IMG/VR virus record: IMGVR_UViG_3300032138_000647
Coordinates: 1 to 64,000 of that record
DNA: 64,000 nucleotides
Strand: one strand, 5' to 3'
Source: a virus
Lineage: Duplodnaviria > Caudoviricetes
Made by a program: the position numbers and the translations under genes. Position 1 is the stretch's first letter. Each line of letters begins with the position of its first letter. Shown here in pieces: positions 40,301 to 49,078 of the stretch. Below the pieces are notes generated by a model. The model was not told where the DNA came from, made no database searches, and saw only the letters and a program-made list of their open reading frames with translations.

Positions 40301-43300
40301 GGAGAAGGCTTGGCCACTCCTTGGATGTCGCGTCTACAATCAAGACACCATCTCTCTATGAAACTAAAAGAGAGATCATAGTTGCTGGAGCACCACGAGG
40401 CTCGTGGTCAAGAGAGTTTGACGACGTTGTTACATCGCCAATTAAGGTGGCCGTCATGGTCTTTAGTGACGAATTTGTTTACAACGAAAGAAAAGCCTCA
40501 ATTATCAAAGCCAAGGTAGACGCCGTAAACATGCTCTACAGATACTACTCCTGTCCGCCAAGGGAGTTGGATTTGCAAGTTTTGGTATATGAACCAACTG
40601 GAGTGGGAGCACCCGGAGGGGGACTAATACAAGGTACACTAGACTGGATACACCACTCTAGAATACCTCGCAATACATATACTCATGGACAGGTGGACAA
40701 CACAGACGAAATAACCAGTGGGATCAAATCGCTATTTCACGAGGCTTTCCCTTATGACGTAACAAAGCCACACAATAACATTCCTCCGATTGTTGGCTTT
40801 TACATTGATGATAGTCGGTCACTTGGTAGAGAGGAGCTTACTCCCGCCATAGATCAATTTGTGGGTCATTACAATCAGTACAGTTTCTTAAGCGGCGTTC
40901 AAGACGTTTATGACGTTCAGGATAGCGGGCATATATATGAGTATATTCCCGCTGTCGATGCTGGAGAAGACTGGGTTAGGATGACCAACACTCTTACTGA
41001 CAGTCTGCTGGATAGCGGTAGGCTTATTAGAGATGATGGTCTTCGATTCATATGTAGTGAACTCGGTCTTGAATGTCAAAACCCAAACCTCAAGGAGTTT
41101 AACTTGCCACCAGCTAGTGGTGGTCGGGTATATATTTTCGAGAAAGAAAGCGGCGTATGGAATCTTATTCAAGAAATCAAGAGACCGGCCCTAGAGTTTT
41201 CAGAAAACGATCCAGATACCGATGCGGCGGCTGGTCTTGACGAAGGTGAAGGTGAATTCCTAAAGCCGGTACTTACCTTTGATGGCTTTGGACATGCCGT
41301 AGCAATTAGCAAAAACACGGAAGTTGTTTCTATTGGCTCTCCTTATGTGGAAGAAGCATGCTTGATTTATCAATACGATCCGGCAGAAAAGAATCGCTTA
41401 TACAGTCACGTTAAGTCTTGGTTAACATTCAAGAATGAAGACAAGCAGTACGATGACGTGCTAGCTAGATGGGAAGAATACGAAAGAACATTTGGAGACA
41501 TGGTTGCCTCTCAAATGATATATACTGAGCTTAGCCCTAGTGAAAAGTTTACTCTTAGGTCTGACCCTGAATATTGGCAAAATGATGTCAACGGATCAAT
41601 TCAGGAGTACAGAAAAATATTCCAGTATGGGTATTCAAACATCCACCATCGTGGCACTTGGCAGTTTATTCCTTCTAATTTTGCTCCTACCTCTAGATTG
41701 GGATGGAGCACGGCTGTTAGTGAGGACGGTGACACCGCCGTGTTTGGAGCACCAACCGACAGCTTCAACGAGTTTGACGACACCAACGTATACTATAAGT
41801 CCCATAACACTTGGTCGTCCTATGTAAACGCAGGCGCTGTTCGTGTGTTTGAGTCAAGAAAATATAATCCCCACTCTGGCGTAGTGGAATTCTATAAGTT
41901 TGGAAACTTGGATGAAAGCACTAGGCCGGTAAGCGCGAGAGCAGAAGACTATAACGACCTCCAGCATACTTTTGGAACAGAGAATATTCCGTTCCATAGA
42001 ACCAAGTTCACTGATGTGGAAATACCAAGAACTGCCGGGTTGGCATTTATCATTTCTCCAGAAATTGATGCGGCTAGTGACGAGGTTATAGAGAACATTA
42101 AGGATTGGCTTGCTCTTGGGGACAGAACTCTTGTTATTGCTGGAAATGATCCTGTCTGGGAGGGCAATGGAAAATACGAGACATCCAACAAGATTATCAA
42201 TAAGATTCTATCCAAGCTAGACTCTAGAATGAGACTACATCCTGCGCGGAACGAATATGAATCACTTCCGTCTTGTATGCCTTCCGGTAGGGCTAACGTT
42301 CTCCCATCCTTCTTCCCCGCAGGCGGTAGAAGTACAGAGGTTACCCCTCAAACTATGTTTGCGAAGGGTGTGGCAGATATTAGGATAGAGCTACCCACTT
42401 GGGGTACAGGATACTCTCCTTGTGATACCCTAAATACTAAGTGTGAACTTCCGTCTATGCATCAGGGAGATCTACGATTTCAGTGGGGAGCCGCTTGTAG
42501 AGTTGGTGGTAAATGTGACAAGATAAGAAGATACCCGGTCAACTGGCCATTCTTCTTTGGGACCATCCCGTGGCCATGCCCAACATGCGACCCCGACCCA
42601 CGCAAACCTCCTATTGGTCCCAATGAAGAACCTAAGCCGTTACTCGTTGCCGCAGAATACATACCGTCTATTACGATTACGTATCCAGCGTGGGACTCAA
42701 CACACACTGAGCCAATCATGTGTCGTCGCTGGATTGATAGGCCAGACATGGTTAGGTATGAGTATAACCCGGATTGCTTTGAGTCTGCTGAATTCACTTG
42801 GTCTGAAAATAGTGATGACTATACATCCGAAGACAGGGCTAGATATATTGACCCAGAAGAGTATGAAGGACGAGACGCCCTGATATATGCTAAGGGTAAA
42901 TCAAAAGATACCGATCCTCCGGTAAGGTCGTATGAAAACGTTTTGCCTGAGACTACACTGGTTAGTTCTGAGGCTTGGTCTGGCAATGCGACATCTAAGG
43001 TTGTTATGATTGCTGCTGTAACACCCGAAGGACATGCAGGCCCCGGAAGGTATAACCTCACCTATAAGGGGGACGACAACACGTCATTCTATCTCAATTT
43101 AACTACTAAGAAATGTGTAGGAAAAATACCAGAAGGCGGAGTAATTGCTCAGCTTGGTGGGTGGACAAAGCGTACAAGCTTCCAAGATGCGTTTATAGGT
43201 TCCCACCTTGGTGAGTGGGAAGGGAATGACTTCTATGGAAACAAGGGCGATGGCGGGCTTGGTCTGTTTAATACTAAGGGGTGGACATTAACAGAGAACT

Positions 43301-46300
43301 ATGTTGTTGAAGAAACTGATCATAACGGCATACATGAGAGCTATAATGTGTGCTGGGTTGCTAATCCTGACGGTTTGCCTAAAGAACAAGACGTGGAAGA
43401 TATCAAGGAGTGGCTAGACAAGGGAGACAAGACTCTAGTTATCACCTATGCTAATGAGCTTTATTGTCAAGAGTCAGACGAAACTGGGTACAAGCCTTGT
43501 AATGAGGGTGAGGGTCAGTACTCTGGAGAAGACACGGGACGTTGGCCCCCTAGTCAGAAATATGCTAGAATAGTAGAAAATCTCTGTGACACATTTGGAA
43601 TAAAGATGAGGCCAGCATATTTGCCCGGAGAGGGGCAGTATGCAGAATACCGTCTTCATACTAACGGGGTGGGGCCAGAACAGGAAAGAGACTCAAACGA
43701 TTTAGCTATTAAGGGTTGCGGCAAGCCTGCCCATAAGGTTAAAAGGCTTTACGTTGATGAGTGGGGTGAACATATTTTGGGTCCAAACTTCATTCCAATT
43801 GACAGAAGTTGTACCAAAACTGGTGAGAACGAGTGGTCAGACTGCGCTGCTAACCGAATGGTTTGGTATCCTTATATGGTCAGAGATATAAGGTGGACGC
43901 CAGCATCTCCATTCTGGCAGATCAAGCCCGGCTTGGCAAGGCTAGAGGTTCCTGCCTTGGCCAACTCTGGCTATCGCTTGTTCTATACCTATGTAACGGA
44001 GCTTCCAGATGAAAAGAATTATCTGAGGGCTTGGACACATCATGTCAGGAGAAGTCCTCATCCAGACCATAAATCAGGAGCCTCTATAAAGCTTTATGAC
44101 TATGATGATAATGACAAGCCAGTGTTAGCTGGCTCTGGTCATCTAACAAAGGATTTGATTAAAACACCAGTAGGTACTCCTGTTACTGTATCTATGAATG
44201 TTAGGGCTGGACACGAAGTAGACAATCTAGAGTTCTATATTGAGGGCACAAACCTGCGTGCTGGAAAGACATCTGAAGTTCCTAATATCCCGAAAACCGT
44301 TAGATTGCTAGCCGTATCAGGAGCGTTGCTACCTGTAAACAAGTTTATACAAAAGCAGGGTTATTGGGAAGATTATGTCTGTGGAGAAAGAGAAGTAACG
44401 GTGCATCATCCTGCGGAAACGTACACAATCCCCGAGAGGATGAGACCTATAATGACAGACAATACTAAATATTGTCGTCCAGTGGGTGGAGCTTGTGCTG
44501 ATTTCGATAAAAAACTTATTGCTGATGGACCAGTTATAGCAGCAGAAGAGCCAGAGCATTTCTCAGTATTTCCGGCAGGACATAAACGATCTAATATTGT
44601 TCTGTTATCCGACACTAGTATGATTCAGGGAGACTGTGGATGGTACAGAGAAACTCCCAGTGACGCTTTTCCCAAGCAACCCAACAGAGACTTTATACTA
44701 AGCCTGTATCCACAAGTTTTCCATAGGGGCTGGATAGGCAATGCTGGAGAAGGGGTTACGGCTGCCGGTGCTGACCTGCGACAAAACTTAGAGGGCGGTA
44801 GAGAGTTCCGCCATATTAAGAAGCTGCTCGCCCCAGACCGAGGAAGTCCGCATAAGTATTGGGCTGCTAGTGGGCTAACGGGGCTGATAGAAAACTTTGA
44901 CAGTTCTCCGGGATTTGGTGGCTCACCAACTCGCGCCCCCTTGTCCTACTTCACTGATGACTTTAATTTAGACCCCAAGGATGTGGATAGACCGCCAGAT
45001 CCCAAAACAGGCGAACAGATTAAAAAGGAGATTGAGAGATTTAGAAATGTTATAATTCCTGCCCACGGCCCGTATAGCAAGTTTAGTGGAGAGATTGACG
45101 GAATACCATTCATAGATCCCGGCCCCGGAGGTGGAGTTGCTCCTAACATGGTTGCGGAAACAACGTATGATATACTGGACTTTGATCGTTTCCCGTCTGG
45201 ATATCCCGGAGATCTGTTCGGTTATGCGGTTAGCCTGTATAGCGGAAAACTAGTTATTGGTGCACCCTACAATGGATTTATTAATGTCTCTGGCGAAAGG
45301 ACCACCTTGTGGGATGATGTTATAAACTCTAACGCTATAAACTCTCCGTCTGGGCTTCGGCTTAGCAATTACGGGGGGGCTGGAGCAGCCTATTACTTCG
45401 AGAGAACTGGCAAGGGTAGTGGAGTTATGGGTGGATATCAGCCATGGGAGTTCTTACAAAAAATCAAGCCAAGCGGTGTTAATGTTGGTCAGGACGCTAC
45501 GGATACCCTAAGCGTAGATGACGGACATGTGCTGGGACACAACTCATATAGCTCAGAAGACGTGACCCATAAGACAAACATCACTGACAGATTTGGTCAA
45601 GCTGTCAGTATTGATTCTGATTTTGTAGCGATTGGGGCACCCGGACATGACTTCGCTACCTACCACGATCATATTTATGATGGTGTTCATCCGCAGAGTG
45701 GAGCATTCTTAAGAAAAGAATTCAATGTCGAATTTGACATTCCTTTACATAAGATTTATGATCTTGGAGAATCTGGACTAAGAAACGATTTCAAGGAGAG
45801 CGGAATCAAATCTGTTCTAAACAACGGAGCGGTATTTACATTTGATCATAGGATTGTGGATTGGCCTAGAAGAATTAAGGAGTGGACATTTGCTGAGAAA
45901 ATTACAGCACAAGGGTATAACTCTAGAAAACAGAAATCCTACGAAGGAGCCGAGCTAACTCCAGTATCTGGAGCAGAAGATGATCACTTTGGAGAGTCTG
46001 TTGCAATACATAGATCCAAGAGGACTGATAGCGATTATACAATGGCTGTTGGTGCTCCCCATCACATGTTTGCGGCGAGTGGTAATCATACAACTTCTCA
46101 GCCTCTCTTGAATGCTGGTGCGGCTTATACATATGACGCAATGCTTAGGAGGCAGTTGCCGTCTAACGCTAGTCCAGATAACTGGATTATGGCAGATCTG
46201 TTTGGAGAAATTAGTAGCATTTCAAAAGATCTAAACCATCTCAAACTACACATTGAGCAAAACGCAACCGGAAGCCCCATAAAGTATGAAACAAGCGGTG

Positions 46301-46824
46301 TGGTTTGGACTAATGTAGATGGAGAAATCTTCCTAGAAGCATCGGGACAAGACCCGGCAACAAAGAGTTTTATTGAACATAGAAGCTATATAGAAGTAGT
46401 GTTTGGAAATCTGCACCATGGAACCCCCGTAAATGACGCTGTAAACCTGTTTACATCTGGTATTGCTGGTCCGTCTAGTGGCAATATGAACCTTGTTATC
46501 ATGGGTCCAGATAGTTCTATAGTGTATAATAGTATGGGGTTATACAGTCCTGCTGTTCTGGGATACGCATCTGGCGTGGAACCGTGGCATTCAGGTCTGT
46601 TCATGTATATGGACTGTCCAGTTCCGATAGGCGTTTCTGGTATACATACTGGCCCTACAGATTCTGGATTGTGCATTTGGACTAGCGGTATAGGTGTAAT
46701 AAATCCATCTGGTTATGCAAACGGAGTAAGGGGCGCATATTACCATATTAGTGACAGCGGGGTCTTTGGGAGCGACGGAAGTATATTCCACAAACCATTC
46801 CCCTTGAGCATAAGAGGAAAATAA
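34336..46824 (+). CDS. Giant tail-associated protein (4162 aa) with LamG and seven FG-GAP repeats
   Basis: LamG-like segment (FSIYTRF, LVSKW, LKLYTD) and seven [FYL]G..[VIL]...G[AS]P repeats; follows TMP. Confidence 0.75.
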   Translation: MSLECLCVRHGSGKAQASGGVLRAKLSCAPACVIAKPTGRGSIKALMRRERGGSAKLTATGHITGGEVVDVAFENSTVRALKPRLAVDFYLGGAWEDRSVGEGDDDSWIPPQFHGHGHTHYGKKVNPVGVFSITPGLTQVHNPSKRFKATGSLRAKYADKFAGSFNDFGCFHKLYPIKDIDVLYDGGYFVNESNNSGNLYDSVDEGVFTGSYHTQSGISYRISDDLNTFIQPSAVYTTGRFRYKCEVTNPAVTAKDSRFYFRASAPRENYSSKVPPVYKVQNIRLEDPSGNLIIKYENISLRGDADYDSYQYVNFGTYGSKPETNNLLLHTWHADYPFMEEGAGYTLSFEVDVECLDDPFDRGFDPGYEDTCALLDPQVPHSGNDYLALDGAPLATQTQRLSFLNPTNTIRISAIEICNSGGFDTLREQYMPIHFGVQETGRRMERCILPSLIPTYEFDAGVYPTSSSVWSDSITGLTNQSGVGAGHLTSLIRNPCKSSAITLSSANQVADSGKLLLEFRHQAPKTVSDFAGGAFDGSYLLREFSVSHRSTYTPDDHPFIVDSVYLKVLAKKEVGSRDYALDIVGWSDDRLLNVTSAVGGFLQNPSGSENNFAPISSGFNPTNELALGGESLSDKSQYYDASGTCNAGGDHYILSNTPMVTGTSFGWYEVPLTIYDDCVTLGKSPDFSQSSFFERLFLDIFPLPSGASIAAAELCVKYKPANGLNLNTIGYERISRIGKTREEGKITPIGRQTADDIINAGSGLSSLSAISNIPHGFTTPDDIKSNYSRRWRGLEGIVQGPFDPDMFGFGFKNPTLDFPLLSGFYDFDYDNNLIIKSRPLGSGFGSATGTMTTSYSEHHFKNLGWRFNSSGLFNQSLPDLTGPYRTTDWTSLSKTGFNFESHELHGQIADAFNNVVRLSGVNSYINFGHIDTVSGFSIYTRFTPDANVSGVGFNLFESGALVSKWDAGKDLEFALGYENGYLCGYATDKDDNLVKVKDTITYDKYQYPLSALLTYNDNNSSGLKLYTDNELHSGVFNTLRASSSEFYKKTGDSNIVLGYSPGSGVGMNMFVSEFGIGTYHESGCHIVEADPDLTFKEILAENFLAGNRVKFWASGEPSSNDRYKLWSYVDEDTLKWDLGAFKVCEFSPDFDFFTDREGRDLISINIKHDGSGYLQRVDMPMPESISYSGLAYHTQIENDFLRFNLSDASDNFYTANHPRITKSLPQGYAFADRAFVVETVLEHETLNSIAWPDGKLGPKLIVSLYTKNQEPSSFSTTNYGLINRDIHYLKPSGCWRRIDSTFNYNSFFDESEEWALFPPTRRLTEFNKKYYSQDVNDMFLQYDLVYPSGPAFESRVNVHSAHVRLEDAFIVPTEVSGNVNLTTSGEQRPRETLPLHSMTICHLDNLSSGHRFCSGILEGIYPSGLTLYTQGPTRIDSLFDGSGMTLFTSGAIHLLGSGFFNLLASGGSLGSAGSSGTGGVGGEDFLGMNLYVSGQYALSARMPLFAFNNQISFRHGFGPFYVYGTENGNHSGVNGHFYPLYTNRSAAESDSSDGLAHAHTFTEYPGITFYMPHSDQNHGIDKAPSYLINYDVFPKYPALNLNTHASTHTGHFSHIPIYLHQYAESVRSDETSSLNMYTKALGALASRYTDGFFNLYTGSPATPSAKMPLVIWNDISLIPSLASGSFNLHTATFGAGLGADYMTWNEYNYGHDITIDDNSFATLEADDEIRGVDMVCYGACDADGNEKCNDPPVFTHDVVWRPESCVTGGIFRPFATYTNLDTRGFNTDVGYSGHFYGMRKYTDLKPNAPYALTLRGSTGTTRSIPLPRDWEEWEYGSVDDVKFSGIKFIGDYPYLSGQKPITPPSGRMEGDRYGKAISVTDELMVVGAPLHEFDEQGGNTYFDSGNSRLAWVGGSGLTEAGAVYLYRRGPQPQSPNMHPSGHKAYWNLESKIVLPSAYRGDWFHWLPGTMSFGGLPKLPVRQWEIGQEGRRLGHSLDVASTIKTPSLYETKREIIVAGAPRGSWSREFDDVVTSPIKVAVMVFSDEFVYNERKASIIKAKVDAVNMLYRYYSCPPRELDLQVLVYEPTGVGAPGGGLIQGTLDWIHHSRIPRNTYTHGQVDNTDEITSGIKSLFHEAFPYDVTKPHNNIPPIVGFYIDDSRSLGREELTPAIDQFVGHYNQYSFLSGVQDVYDVQDSGHIYEYIPAVDAGEDWVRMTNTLTDSLLDSGRLIRDDGLRFICSELGLECQNPNLKEFNLPPASGGRVYIFEKESGVWNLIQEIKRPALEFSENDPDTDAAAGLDEGEGEFLKPVLTFDGFGHAVAISKNTEVVSIGSPYVEEACLIYQYDPAEKNRLYSHVKSWLTFKNEDKQYDDVLARWEEYERTFGDMVASQMIYTELSPSEKFTLRSDPEYWQNDVNGSIQEYRKIFQYGYSNIHHRGTWQFIPSNFAPTSRLGWSTAVSEDGDTAVFGAPTDSFNEFDDTNVYYKSHNTWSSYVNAGAVRVFESRKYNPHSGVVEFYKFGNLDESTRPVSARAEDYNDLQHTFGTENIPFHRTKFTDVEIPRTAGLAFIISPEIDAASDEVIENIKDWLALGDRTLVIAGNDPVWEGNGKYETSNKIINKILSKLDSRMRLHPARNEYESLPSCMPSGRANVLPSFFPAGGRSTEVTPQTMFAKGVADIRIELPTWGTGYSPCDTLNTKCELPSMHQGDLRFQWGAACRVGGKCDKIRRYPVNWPFFFGTIPWPCPTCDPDPRKPPIGPNEEPKPLLVAAEYIPSITITYPAWDSTHTEPIMCRRWIDRPDMVRYEYNPDCFESAEFTWSENSDDYTSEDRARYIDPEEYEGRDALIYAKGKSKDTDPPVRSYENVLPETTLVSSEAWSGNATSKVVMIAAVTPEGHAGPGRYNLTYKGDDNTSFYLNLTTKKCVGKIPEGGVIAQLGGWTKRTSFQDAFIGSHLGEWEGNDFYGNKGDGGLGLFNTKGWTLTENYVVEETDHNGIHESYNVCWVANPDGLPKEQDVEDIKEWLDKGDKTLVITYANELYCQESDETGYKPCNEGEGQYSGEDTGRWPPSQKYARIVENLCDTFGIKMRPAYLPGEGQYAEYRLHTNGVGPEQERDSNDLAIKGCGKPAHKVKRLYVDEWGEHILGPNFIPIDRSCTKTGENEWSDCAANRMVWYPYMVRDIRWTPASPFWQIKPGLARLEVPALANSGYRLFYTYVTELPDEKNYLRAWTHHVRRSPHPDHKSGASIKLYDYDDNDKPVLAGSGHLTKDLIKTPVGTPVTVSMNVRAGHEVDNLEFYIEGTNLRAGKTSEVPNIPKTVRLLAVSGALLPVNKFIQKQGYWEDYVCGEREVTVHHPAETYTIPERMRPIMTDNTKYCRPVGGACADFDKKLIADGPVIAAEEPEHFSVFPAGHKRSNIVLLSDTSMIQGDCGWYRETPSDAFPKQPNRDFILSLYPQVFHRGWIGNAGEGVTAAGADLRQNLEGGREFRHIKKLLAPDRGSPHKYWAASGLTGLIENFDSSPGFGGSPTRAPLSYFTDDFNLDPKDVDRPPDPKTGEQIKKEIERFRNVIIPAHGPYSKFSGEIDGIPFIDPGPGGGVAPNMVAETTYDILDFDRFPSGYPGDLFGYAVSLYSGKLVIGAPYNGFINVSGERTTLWDDVINSNAINSPSGLRLSNYGGAGAAYYFERTGKGSGVMGGYQPWEFLQKIKPSGVNVGQDATDTLSVDDGHVLGHNSYSSEDVTHKTNITDRFGQAVSIDSDFVAIGAPGHDFATYHDHIYDGVHPQSGAFLRKEFNVEFDIPLHKIYDLGESGLRNDFKESGIKSVLNNGAVFTFDHRIVDWPRRIKEWTFAEKITAQGYNSRKQKSYEGAELTPVSGAEDDHFGESVAIHRSKRTDSDYTMAVGAPHHMFAASGNHTTSQPLLNAGAAYTYDAMLRRQLPSNASPDNWIMADLFGEISSISKDLNHLKLHIEQNATGSPIKYETSGVVWTNVDGEIFLEASGQDPATKSFIEHRSYIEVVFGNLHHGTPVNDAVNLFTSGIAGPSSGNMNLVIMGPDSSIVYNSMGLYSPAVLGYASGVEPWHSGLFMYMDCPVPIGVSGIHTGPTDSGLCIWTSGIGVINPSGYANGVRGAYYHISDSGVFGSDGSIFHKPFPLSIRGK

Positions 46825-48668
46825 TGCCAATTTCAATTAGATATCTTAATGATACCGCACAAGAATGTGTGCTTAGACCCGCTCCGTTAATTTCTATATC
46901 TCACAGTATAGATAAGACTGGCGGTGGAGATGCCATAGGTAGTACGTATTCTATCACGCTTAACGGAAAAATATTAGAAGACCGTGGGTTTCCTCTTGCT
47001 AGAGACTCTGCCGGTAATCTTTTTGATCAGGTGACTGACTTGGGAGCAGCAATCCCTTGGCCGACTGGACCACTCAAGGGGCCGTATAATACATTTGATA
47101 CCTCTGTTAGCCACTATGACAAGCATAGACCTCTTACTCAGATGATTCCTCTTTATTATAAGCTGGACGCCGTGCTGTATAAGCAAAAGGTGCTGAGATC
47201 TTTGTTCGCCATAGATGGTCAGAGAATGGAAATAACCCCGGTACACGGCAATCAGCCTGAGTTTGTGTGCTATCCAAGAGTTATTTCTATTGATTTCACA
47301 GAGGGTGTGTATATAAACCAATGTGACTACACCATTAGCCTAGAAGCAGACACCCTGCTAGACTATCAGTACAAAGTGGATGACGACGGAAACCCTCGAT
47401 ATCTTGAGCACGACCCAGAACACCCTCACTACAATCCAGATGTTGTTGCTAGGCAGGGTGAAGAGGTAAATCCCGGAAAATACAAGAGACAAAAGACTGA
47501 ACAGATTCTGAATGCAGAAGGAGCTTTTGTTAATAACGTCTCTGAGTCTTGGTCCTTAGAAGCTGACGAGAGCTTGGGGGAAACCAGAGCCAACAACCTT
47601 GGCGGAGAAGTTATTCCTATGAGCTATAGGCTTACGCATAGCATGAGTGCCAATGGCAAGGCTCATTATTTTCCTAAAGACAGTGATCCAGATGACGTGG
47701 TAAAGGTTCCGGCTTGGAAGAACGCCCAATTATATGTACAAAAGAGGCTAATCAAACCCGAGAATAACCTTGGGGATCTTTATCCTAATATTAAAAATCA
47801 GATAGGAAGCGGAACTCTAGATTTAATTAAACAGTATCGTGGATTTAATCACTCAAGAACTGAAGAAGTTGATGTTGCTGGTGGAGGGTATACTGTAACT
47901 GACACTTGGCTTTTGGCTAGCGGGGTGGCTTATGAAAATTATAGCATGTCTATTTCCAGTGACGCCGCTTCACCTTTTGTTTCTGTTTCTATAGATGGTA
48001 GCATTAAGGGGCTGTCCGACACTCCTGCAAGTGGTTATATTTATGGATCAAAGCACCCCAAAAACCCAGCGAAGAAAACCTCTTATCAGAACGCTTTAGT
48101 TAAATACAAAGAGGTTTCAAAAGACGGCAAGTTTGGTGTGGGTTCAGATGTATACAAGAGGGCGAATAACGCCGTCGCGGTAGAGCTAAATTCTCAACCA
48201 AACTCTGTGTCGCTTGGAACCAATGAGTACGATGGAACAATTACCTATAACCTCTCCTTTGATAATAGACCCACCAATATCATTTCTGGAGTTGTATCGG
48301 AGAGTATATCTATTAACGACACCTATCCCGGAGATGTATTTGCTATGGTTCCAGTTATAGGAAGAAAGACTGGGCCTGTTCTACAGTATATTGGTGGTCG
48401 CACAGAATACAAGAGAGATGTTAACATAGAACTGGTTATGGACTATACTGATTTGCCATATGGAAATGACAGAAAATCTCTTATGTTACAAAAGCCCAGC
48501 CTAGTAGAACCAACTAGATCTCAGTTGAAGCTGTTAATCCAAGAGCTTAGTCCCGGCAAGGAGCCGGGTGTGAGGAAGTATTTTATTGCGCCTCCAACTG
48601 AGAGTTGGTCGCCCAAAGAGGGTAGGTATGGTTTTCAGTTGTCATGGACATATGAATTGGATAAGTAA
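46824..48668 (+). CDS. Tail-tip/distal-tail-like structural protein
   Basis: Repeated beta-strand pattern (YSITLNG, YTISLEA, ITYNLSF, FQLSWTYE); TAATG-coupled on both sides. Confidence 0.5.
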   Translation: MPISIRYLNDTAQECVLRPAPLISISHSIDKTGGGDAIGSTYSITLNGKILEDRGFPLARDSAGNLFDQVTDLGAAIPWPTGPLKGPYNTFDTSVSHYDKHRPLTQMIPLYYKLDAVLYKQKVLRSLFAIDGQRMEITPVHGNQPEFVCYPRVISIDFTEGVYINQCDYTISLEADTLLDYQYKVDDDGNPRYLEHDPEHPHYNPDVVARQGEEVNPGKYKRQKTEQILNAEGAFVNNVSESWSLEADESLGETRANNLGGEVIPMSYRLTHSMSANGKAHYFPKDSDPDDVVKVPAWKNAQLYVQKRLIKPENNLGDLYPNIKNQIGSGTLDLIKQYRGFNHSRTEEVDVAGGGYTVTDTWLLASGVAYENYSMSISSDAASPFVSVSIDGSIKGLSDTPASGYIYGSKHPKNPAKKTSYQNALVKYKEVSKDGKFGVGSDVYKRANNAVAVELNSQPNSVSLGTNEYDGTITYNLSFDNRPTNIISGVVSESISINDTYPGDVFAMVPVIGRKTGPVLQYIGGRTEYKRDVNIELVMDYTDLPYGNDRKSLMLQKPSLVEPTRSQLKLLIQELSPGKEPGVRKYFIAPPTESWSPKEGRYGFQLSWTYELDK

Positions 48669-49066
48669 TGGCACAGAAAGAAACTTGGAGATATCAAAAC
48701 GTACCGCTGTTGTCGGGGCAGCGGGTTCTGTACTCTAGCGGCATGATTGTGCCGTCTGGTGAAAGCCACTTCTTTGATTTTCGTCAACAAGGAAAAGATA
48801 TATCTAGCTTGAAAAATGGGGAACCGGCACCCAGTGGTAGTGATGGTTTTCCTTCGGCTAACGTTCCACTATATAGAGGCTGCACGCATCGAGAGCATGG
48901 TTTGATATTACATTTTGGGGAGTCGGGAACCTTTTATACAGAAATGTCACATCTTAAAAAGCCAGTAAGTTCAGGCATTCAGGATTCTCTGTTAGCACCA
49001 GACAAACTAGTTACCCCGTTTAGTGAACAGGGTTCAAGGACTACTCAAGGGATACCGTTGGAATAG
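48668..49066 (+). CDS. Small SG-rich hypothetical virion protein
   Basis: 132 aa, TAATG-coupled, six SG dipeptides. Confidence 0.65.
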   Translation: MAQKETWRYQNVPLLSGQRVLYSSGMIVPSGESHFFDFRQQGKDISSLKNGEPAPSGSDGFPSANVPLYRGCTHREHGLILHFGESGTFYTEMSHLKKPVSSGIQDSLLAPDKLVTPFSEQGSRTTQGIPLE

Positions 49067-49078
49067 AAGGAATAATAC

